Part shown: piece after piece, positions 57,691 to 64,000 of the stretch
Layout of the letters: each line of letters begins with the position of its first letter
Position numbering within the stretch: position 1 is the first letter of the stretch
Virus record (IMG/VR): IMGVR_UViG_3300025936_000004
Source of the DNA: an uncultured virus (IMG/VR IMGVR_UViG_3300025936_000004)
Lineage: Duplodnaviria > Heunggongvirae > Uroviricota > Caudoviricetes
Strand: one strand, 5' to 3'
DNA length: 64,000 bases
The notes under the pieces: model-generated
What the model saw: the letters and a program-made list of their open reading frames with translations, nothing else
Databases searched by the model: none
What the model was told of the DNA's origin: nothing
Made by a program: the position numbers and the translations under genes

Positions 57691-59957
57691 TACCGAAGAT
57701 CGTCGAGATTCACGCTGCAGCGCCTTCCGTTCTCGTCGCGGTCGCCGAGAGTAGCCAGGACGAAAGCGGGATTGGGACAGCTCCCGACACGCTCGACCTT
57801 GACCCTGCCCATTGGCAGGTGAACGGACAGCCGCCCGTTGCGATTCATCGCGACTCGATGCCGTGGGATGAGGGCAAGGCGAAGACCGCAACGCAGCCCA
57901 ACACGTATCCTGTGACGGTACGCCATCGCATCTACTTGCATTTGGCGGCGCTTCTGCAGGACGGCACAACCTATGCGGTAACGGGCCCCTACGGCAGCCA
58001 AAGCATCGTGTTCGGCAGTCGTACAACGCCTTGCGAATCAATCAAGGTCAACCAAGTCGGTTACTCGGATCGAGCAACGTCCCGTTGGGCCGTGTTCGGT
58101 GTATACCTCGGCAACGGCGGTTCACTTCGTTTCAGCCCGTTCCCGGGCTATCAAGTCATCGATGAGAAGACTGGCAACGTAGTCTTTTCGGGCACCGTCG
58201 CCCGGGAGTTCGATGACACCGCGGTGAGCGCCACGGCCCCGACGTCGGGTGAGTGGGTGTATCGCCTGCCTTTGGATACGGTGCCTGCCGGTGGCCCGTA
58301 CTTTGTCTCGGTGCCAGGGTGCGGCCGATCGCGATCATTCGGGATTGGCCAGGAGTACACCCGAAAGGCTGCCTACGTCGCAACGCGGGGGCTCTATCAC
58401 CAGCGCTGCGGTATTGCCCTGGAAAGTCCGTATACGGAATTCACGCGCGGGATCTGTCACGCGAAGATTGCTGACACGCGTGCACAGTATCCTGGCAACG
58501 GGTTTATCAACGTTCCTTCGGGCGCGGCAATGGCGCCGATTCGGGGCGGCTACCACGACGCAGGCGACTTCCAACGCCGGCCTACGCATACGCTCATCCC
58601 GCTGCTCATGCTGAGCACCTACGAAGCGTGGCCGTCACACTTCATTGACCGGCAGTACAACCTCCCGGAATCCGGAAACGGCATTCCTGACTTTCTCGAC
58701 GAGGCCCTATGGGGCCTTTTGCTTTGGGAAAACTTACAGATCACCACGGCGGGAGATCCGCTGCAAGGTGGCGTGCGAGCCGGCACGCAGCGCGACGCAG
58801 AGCCCACCTACGGAGTCCATAGTGCTGCGAGCGATCCGGGCATGTATGGCACGTGGGCCCCGCTCGAGGAGACTACCGCGTTTGCCTGCGGGATGTTCGC
58901 GCAAGCTTCGCGCTTGGTTCGCCCGTTTGACTCGGCCCATGCCGACGCGCTGCTCAATCGTGCGCGGATGGCATGGGCGTATCTTCAGCGAACCACGAAC
59001 GTCAACCAGGCTGCCACGCGGTTTCTGTACCCCGCGCTACAGCTCTATCTAGCCACAGGGGAACAGCCGTTTCACGATCTGTTCAAGGCAGCTGCGCAAG
59101 CCGTCGTGGTGGTGGGCGCTTGGCCCGAGCAATACCTCCCGGGCAATACAGCAGCCAACTGCCTCACCGTTCACTTCGTGAGCTACCTGCTGCCCACCGA
59201 TCGTGCGGTGGATGCCACGCTGGCCACGGCGCTGAAGAGCAAGATCCTGCAGGGCGCTGCGAGCGGTGGCTACATGAATGTGGACACCGAGAACAGCCCC
59301 TACAGCCAAGGGGTCAACAAGTTCTATTCATGGGGCGCGATGACGGCCCAGGGGCGATACGCGGAAGTCTGTGCCTTTGCCACGCTCTTCGAGACGGACG
59401 CGACCAAGCGTCAAAAGTATACCAACACCGTCTCGCAGCTTGCAGACTACGCTCTCGGTCTCAATCCGCTTGGCAGGTCATTCTACACGGGCCTGGGAAC
59501 CGATTCGCCCAACAGCCCAGGACACTGCGACTCGTACTTTACCAAGTACGGCCTTTCTGATGGTGTGACCAGTGATCACGTCGGCAAGCCCATTGGCAAC
59601 GCGCCCGGTATCCTTGTCTTCGGTCCGACTGCAGGGGCTAGTGGCCAGTCCTACCAGACGGCTGTATCCAAAAAGCTTTCCCCCGACTGGGACGCTCTGC
59701 CGATTCAACGGCGTTACGGTGACGGCTGGTCACTGCTGAACTCCAACGAGTTCAGCACGTGGGAGACGATCGCATGGAACGTGATGATGCTCGGCTTCCT
59801 TCATGACGCGAGCAAAGATCCCGCGTCCATGACTCCGCCGCCCACGCCCGCGCCACAGCCCGGCACCGGGGTTCAGCTCACGGCAGCCCAGACCGACGCG
59901 CTCAAACGCATCATTGCGGATCTAGAGATCCTCAAAAGCGCGATCCCGGCTGGATAA
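57687..59957 (+). CDS. Glycoside hydrolase family 9 with N-terminal Ig-like domain
   Basis: IKVNQVGY, YHQRCG, GGYHDAGD, ESGNGIPD.LDE..W, LG.NP...S..TG.G, NE. Confidence 0.88.
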   Translation: MIPKIVEIHAAAPSVLVAVAESSQDESGIGTAPDTLDLDPAHWQVNGQPPVAIHRDSMPWDEGKAKTATQPNTYPVTVRHRIYLHLAALLQDGTTYAVTGPYGSQSIVFGSRTTPCESIKVNQVGYSDRATSRWAVFGVYLGNGGSLRFSPFPGYQVIDEKTGNVVFSGTVAREFDDTAVSATAPTSGEWVYRLPLDTVPAGGPYFVSVPGCGRSRSFGIGQEYTRKAAYVATRGLYHQRCGIALESPYTEFTRGICHAKIADTRAQYPGNGFINVPSGAAMAPIRGGYHDAGDFQRRPTHTLIPLLMLSTYEAWPSHFIDRQYNLPESGNGIPDFLDEALWGLLLWENLQITTAGDPLQGGVRAGTQRDAEPTYGVHSAASDPGMYGTWAPLEETTAFACGMFAQASRLVRPFDSAHADALLNRARMAWAYLQRTTNVNQAATRFLYPALQLYLATGEQPFHDLFKAAAQAVVVVGAWPEQYLPGNTAANCLTVHFVSYLLPTDRAVDATLATALKSKILQGAASGGYMNVDTENSPYSQGVNKFYSWGAMTAQGRYAEVCAFATLFETDATKRQKYTNTVSQLADYALGLNPLGRSFYTGLGTDSPNSPGHCDSYFTKYGLSDGVTSDHVGKPIGNAPGILVFGPTAGASGQSYQTAVSKKLSPDWDALPIQRRYGDGWSLLNSNEFSTWETIAWNVMMLGFLHDASKDPASMTPPPTPAPQPGTGVQLTAAQTDALKRIIADLEILKSAIPAG

Positions 59958-60060
59958 GATGTAACCCAACGATCTTCCACCACATTCGTGGTCGAAAAAG
60001 GGGAACCAAAGGGGGCACGCGTCGCAAGGCCATGTCCCCTTTTTCACATACGAGCACTGA

Positions 60061-61047
60061 ATGCATCCTGTCGATGTAGCGCCTTCGTCTGAACTGAAGA
60101 CCTTCTTCAGTCGTCCTGATCGCATCCATGACAAGCTGTTTGTCATAACCCCGATCTTCAATGCCATGCGCTCCAGGAAGCTCTGGTCGCTCTACCAGGA
60201 CTTTCGCAAGCGTGTATATGAAGCGGGCGCCACGCTCATTACAGTCGAGTGTGCGTTTGGAGATCGTGACTTCGCCGTTACTCAGGCCGATGACCCATTC
60301 GATATCCAAGTCCGGACACGCCATATCCTCTGGCTGAAAGAAAACCTCATCCGTATCGGTGTTTCTCGGCTACCGCTTGGATGGGGTTATGTGGCCTGGT
60401 GCGATGCTGACATGATGCTCGCTCGGGATGACTGGGCCAACGAAGTCATTCACCAGCTGCAGGACTACCCAATTCTACAGATCTATTCGCAGTTTCAGGA
60501 CCTCAACGCAGACTGCGAGGTCAATGGTCCGCTGCATCGAAGTTTCATGAGCTGTCATCTCAATGGCGGGGCGTCGCCGCACGGCGTCTATCCCTATGGC
60601 TACGGCCCGCATGGCACGCCCGGCCTCGCGTGGGCTTGCACCCGAGAGGCCTGGGATGCTCTTGGTGGCATTCCCGATACGGGGATTCTGGGTTCGGGTG
60701 ACTACTACCTTGCGAATGCCCTGGTGGGCACGCTGGACAAGGTTCTACGCAAGGATTTTCACCCGCGCTACCGAGAGTCCGTGCTGGTCTACCAAGACCG
60801 TGCCGAGCGGTACATTCGCCGCAACGTGGGTCTGATGAAAGGCCTCGCGCTACACTACTTCCACGGCGCCAAGACCAAGCGTGGCTACGGCGTGCGTGAC
60901 GAGATCCTGGTGCGCAACCAGTACCGGCCCGATCTAGATCTCAAAGTGGATGCACAGGGTGTTTGGCAGCTCACCGATCGATCCCATCGGCTCAAGAACG
61001 AGATTCGGGAGTACTTCCGCAGTCGATGCGAGGCGGATGGATGGTAG
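60061..61047 (+). CDS. GT-A-fold glycosyltransferase-like protein
   Basis: W.KENL, YVAWCDAD (DxD), PG.AWA..R, LGSGD, H.FHG. Confidence 0.65.
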   Translation: MHPVDVAPSSELKTFFSRPDRIHDKLFVITPIFNAMRSRKLWSLYQDFRKRVYEAGATLITVECAFGDRDFAVTQADDPFDIQVRTRHILWLKENLIRIGVSRLPLGWGYVAWCDADMMLARDDWANEVIHQLQDYPILQIYSQFQDLNADCEVNGPLHRSFMSCHLNGGASPHGVYPYGYGPHGTPGLAWACTREAWDALGGIPDTGILGSGDYYLANALVGTLDKVLRKDFHPRYRESVLVYQDRAERYIRRNVGLMKGLALHYFHGAKTKRGYGVRDEILVRNQYRPDLDLKVDAQGVWQLTDRSHRLKNEIREYFRSRCEADGW

Positions 61048-61125
61048 AATTAGTGATCGCTTGAAACAAGAAACCCCCGCGCTGCGGTAACAGCCGGGGG
61101 CGTGATCAGCGCACTAGGAGGTGCG

Positions 61126-61863
61126 ATGATGCCAAGAAAGAAACACGTCCTCCCCAAGAGGGCAAAGGATCTCACCGGACAGAAATTCGGGAGATGGACC
61201 GTTCTCGGTTGGTTCGGCAAGAGGCAGCCGTCGAGCGGTTCGCTAATTTGGCGGTGCCGATGTGATTGCGGCACAGAGCTAGATGTTGTTGGCGCCAGTC
61301 TAAGAAACTCAATCAGCGAATCCTGCGGTTGCCTGCGTAGCGAACTCATCTCACAGAGATTCAGAAAGCATGGACAAGCCAAGATTCACGGAGCGAAAGC
61401 TCCCACGATCGAATACACGGCCTGGGCCGCAATGATTGATCGATGCGAGACCAAAAGCAATCGCGCCTATCGTCGTTATGGCGGTCGCGGCATTCGGGTC
61501 TGCGGGCGATGGCGAAAGGACTTTGAGGCATTTTTTACGGACATGGGCCTTCGTCCGTCCGACGAACACTCTCTCGACCGCAGGAACAATGAAGGTCACT
61601 ACAGCTGTGGCAAGTGTGATGAATGCACAACGAACGGCTGGGATGCCAACTGTCGATGGGCAACCGAGATCGAGCAGGCAAGAAACAGGTCTTCTCGTAG
61701 GACGCTAACTCATCAAGGGCAAACGCTCTGTCTGAGTGAGTGGGCCGAGAAAACGGGCATTAGCAAGACCACGATTCGCGAACGAATCCGAATGGGATGG
61801 TCTGTCGATCGATCTCTCGCGACGCCGGTTAGAACCTATCCCAGAACCGGAACCGATGAATAA
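61126..61863 (+). CDS. Free-standing HNH-type homing endonuclease-like protein
   Basis: DLTGQKFGRWTV, W.C.CDCG, SCGC, YGGRGI.VC.RW, DMG.RP...SLDR..N, NCRWAT..EQARN. Confidence 0.85.
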   Translation: MMPRKKHVLPKRAKDLTGQKFGRWTVLGWFGKRQPSSGSLIWRCRCDCGTELDVVGASLRNSISESCGCLRSELISQRFRKHGQAKIHGAKAPTIEYTAWAAMIDRCETKSNRAYRRYGGRGIRVCGRWRKDFEAFFTDMGLRPSDEHSLDRRNNEGHYSCGKCDECTTNGWDANCRWATEIEQARNRSSRRTLTHQGQTLCLSEWAEKTGISKTTIRERIRMGWSVDRSLATPVRTYPRTGTDE

Positions 61864-62001
61864 AGCTTCGATTCAGGCCAATATCCGGCGCTACTTCCGC
61901 GCGCGTCGGGAAGATGATCCGGCGTGACGCTTGTTCAGGGAAACAGCCCGATCCTTTAATACAGTTCCCGCCCACGGCATTCTATTCAAGCGAGTCGAAA
62001 C

Positions 62002-62775
62002 ATGGACAAGTTTGATAGCCCGCTTGCGCCCATCCCATCGTGGCTTGACCCGGTCGCCGAGATCCACGAACCGCCGACGATTCATCTCGAGCCCTACCCG
62101 TTTGCGCTCTTCTGTGTCGACGGCTTGGTTGCAGCAGGCGCGCCACTGCTGCGAGCGTTCGAGGTCGCGGCGCACTTTATGACCGAGACCGGTCGCGGCA
62201 AGGCATTTCGCGCAAACAATCTCGGTGGCGTGAAAGCCACACCGGGCTGGGCCGTGGCGTATCGCATGCGAACGGGCCGATCGGCGCCGTTCTATCGTGC
62301 CCATGGCAACAAGGGCACCGGCGATGCTCAGACCGTGATCTATCGAGGCTACCAGAGCCCTGCGGACTTCTTTGGCGAGTGGCTCTCGCAGTTCGTTCCG
62401 AAGCCCAAGCCCAGCGCATCGTCTCGCGAGGGCGAGGTGGTCCACGTCGCAGACTATCGCCTTGCCGGCGAGCGATTCTGGCTAGGGCGCAACTGGTTCG
62501 CGGCCCTGCTTGCAGCTCACTACCGCGGTGACGTAACCGCTGCGCATCCGGACCAAGCGATCGCTGACAACGCGTCCATTGCGCGAGATGTTCGCGAAGC
62601 GTGGGCACAGCGGGCGCTCAAGGTCCCTGTGGATGCGGCATGGGGCAAGATCAGCAAAACCGCCTGCGCAGCGTATCAGTCGCTTCATGGGCTCGCGGTG
62701 ACTGGATACCCGGATGACGTGACGATCGAGACGCTCGCTCGCAGGGTAGACGCCCCGCCCGCTCCTATGCCATAA
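62002..62775 (+). CDS. Endolysin (glucosaminidase/lysozyme-like domain plus peptidoglycan-binding domain)
   Basis: ETG.G.....NNLGGVKA; C-terminal Q.AL...VD..WG..S..A..AYQ..HGL.VTG..D..T. Confidence 0.75.
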   Translation: MDKFDSPLAPIPSWLDPVAEIHEPPTIHLEPYPFALFCVDGLVAAGAPLLRAFEVAAHFMTETGRGKAFRANNLGGVKATPGWAVAYRMRTGRSAPFYRAHGNKGTGDAQTVIYRGYQSPADFFGEWLSQFVPKPKPSASSREGEVVHVADYRLAGERFWLGRNWFAALLAAHYRGDVTAAHPDQAIADNASIARDVREAWAQRALKVPVDAAWGKISKTACAAYQSLHGLAVTGYPDDVTIETLARRVDAPPAPMP

Positions 62776-62813
62776 GCGCACCGACACGACGGTTCCGGCA
62801 GAGATATCCTTGG

Positions 62814-62854
62814 AAGACGGCCCGGTCCTTACGGACTGGGCCGTTTTGCTTTTT
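62814..62854 (+). terminator. Intrinsic terminator of the late operon
   Basis: GACGGCCCGGTCC-TTAC-GGACTGGGCCGTT followed by a T-rich tract. Confidence 0.8.
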
Positions 62855-62930
62855 GCGCTAGACACTCCGTTGCAACATGGGCAAAGTCCCCTTTGAAGCG
62901 TTTCTCGCACGAGGAACTACCGCGCAACAG

Positions 62931-62962
62931 GCCCTGGCAGTGATGCCGGGGCTTTTGTTTTT
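62931..62962 (+). terminator. Intrinsic terminator 2
   Basis: GCCCTGGCA-GTGA-TGCCGGGGC-TTTTGTTTTT. Confidence 0.7.
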
Positions 62963-63024
62963 GGCGTAGACGCCATCCCCGCGCGCTGTAACACTACGGC
63001 CGCTTTCACTTGGGGTACTGCGAA

Positions 63025-63056
63025 GCCTTGGCATGGTGCCGGGGCTTTTCGCTTTT
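63025..63056 (+). terminator. Intrinsic terminator 3 (related to 2)
   Basis: GCCTTGGCA-TGG-TGCCGGGGC-TTTTCGCTTTT. Confidence 0.65.
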
Positions 63057-63282
63057 GTGCCTCGCGTCATTGCCTTACCCGGCCGACGTGGCAGGCTTGG
63101 AACTGCAAGCTTCTCGCAATACCCCCTTTCATGGCTGCCCCGGTTGTCGCACCAGCCGGGGCAGTTTGCATTGTGGCATACTCGCCGCGAGCGGAGTCGC
63201 CACGCTGGGATACACCCCGGGGTTACGAGCCGTTTACCTAAGGGCACGACGGCTCGAGGCACAGAAACTCGGGCCGGCGTGC

Positions 63283-63504
63283 TTAGTTGACCGGATACAG
63301 CACCGCAGCCGGCACGCCCCATCCATGGGGCATCGGCTCCTCGGGGTGATCGATCTCGCCTGACCACGTGTTCTCCGCGCGGTACCGGCGTGCGTCGACC
63401 CCGTCGCAGGGGCTATGGCCATTGCCCTCGCGGTCCTTGCCTAGGACGATCAGGGTGTCATCGGGGAAGGCTGCGAGCAGTTCGCGGAGTTCTTTTACGG
63501 TCAT
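63283..63504 (-). CDS. Small acidic phage protein
   Basis: MTVKELRELL...PDD..IV...D.EGN..S pattern. Confidence 0.65.
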   Translation of the reverse strand: MTVKELRELLAAFPDDTLIVLGKDREGNGHSPCDGVDARRYRAENTWSGEIDHPEEPMPHGWGVPAAVLYPVN

Positions 63505-63540
63505 CGTATCACCGAGCCTGCCGAAGCCTTCACTCTGTGT

Positions 63541-63804
63541 CTACGGCAACGGCAATGGTGTCTTGTTGCGAGGGGGCGGTTTCCATATATCGTCTTTCTT
63601 AAGTGTTATCCTGGTCGACGCTTCGTCCAAACACTCTCGCGGAGTTGCTTCGTCCCCTAGTTGGCGCCACCTTGCTCGTAAATCCAGCGCCCACTCTCTG
63701 CGAGCAAGGTGTTCCGCCATCGTGGGCTTGTACGGCACCACGTCTATCGTCGTGACCAGTTCGCCCGCGCGGATTTCACGCAGTGCGGTCATCGTGATGA
63801 TCAT
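63541..63804 (-). CDS. Hypothetical protein
   Basis: Coupled minus-strand ORF. Confidence 0.4.
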   Translation of the reverse strand: MIITMTALREIRAGELVTTIDVVPYKPTMAEHLARREWALDLRARWRQLGDEATPRECLDEASTRITLKKDDIWKPPPRNKTPLPLP

Positions 63805-64000
63805 GTGTCACCGTGGTCCGTTTGGGCATCCACGGCCAATGCTCGCGCCATGGCTTCAGCCGCACGCTTGCCGTGCTCCATATTGCGAATGCCATCGCCC
63901 CATAGTTTTGCCTCGCCGATGCCGATGCCGTCCTTTCGGATTAGCACTTCGATGTGGCCAGCATCGTTCACCGTCACCTCGTGGCCGCTAATCACCGCCT

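Larger units (their letters stand above)
1..64000. mobile_element. Temperate myovirus-like phage genome segment, apparently non-integrated (attP intact)
   Basis: Integrase/Xis, immunity, replication, terminase-portal-capsid, sheath-tube-tape measure-baseplate and endolysin modules in canonical order; no host housekeeping block at either end. Confidence 0.95.

Noticed and set aside
61048..61870. Group I intron carrying the HNH gene
   Set aside because: The upstream gene ends in its own stop, and the non-coding flanks are too short for an intron core.

Overview
The window is most of a temperate, contractile-tailed (myovirus-like) phage genome of roughly 60-65% GC (visual estimate). The host is probably Myxococcota; that is an inference from gene style. 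An intact attP (tmRNA 3'-end core plus arm repeats) sits next to int/xis with phage genes on both sides, so this looks like the excised or virion form. Gene order: leftward accessory genes (NUDIX, WYL-like, PyrE, SLOG, HNH, ssDNA-annealing protein); an immunity switch with four CTTAATTAAG-type operators; replication (RusA-like, antirepressor, primase, O-type initiator with internal origin, DnaB); a structured-RNA region; a DNA-modification cluster; terminase, portal, capsid, tail and baseplate genes with a toxin-antitoxin insertion; and a lysis/cargo region (GH9 glucanase, glycosyltransferase, HNH, endolysin). The main finding is the coupled cluster at 27680-31665: ParB-N, a C5-cytosine methyltransferase-fold enzyme with motif-X Asn replaced by Arg (GRSV), an asparagine-synthetase-like amidotransferase, and a CmoA-type carboxy-SAM synthase. 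Together these predict carboxymethylation of DNA cytosine followed by amidation. Secondary findings are a covarying two-hairpin leader shared by two unrelated nuclease genes, a tRNA-like element with an enlarged anticodon loop, a pseudoknotted RNA candidate, and two arrays of paralogous zinc-binding microproteins. All calls come from motif recognition by eye; no searches were run.
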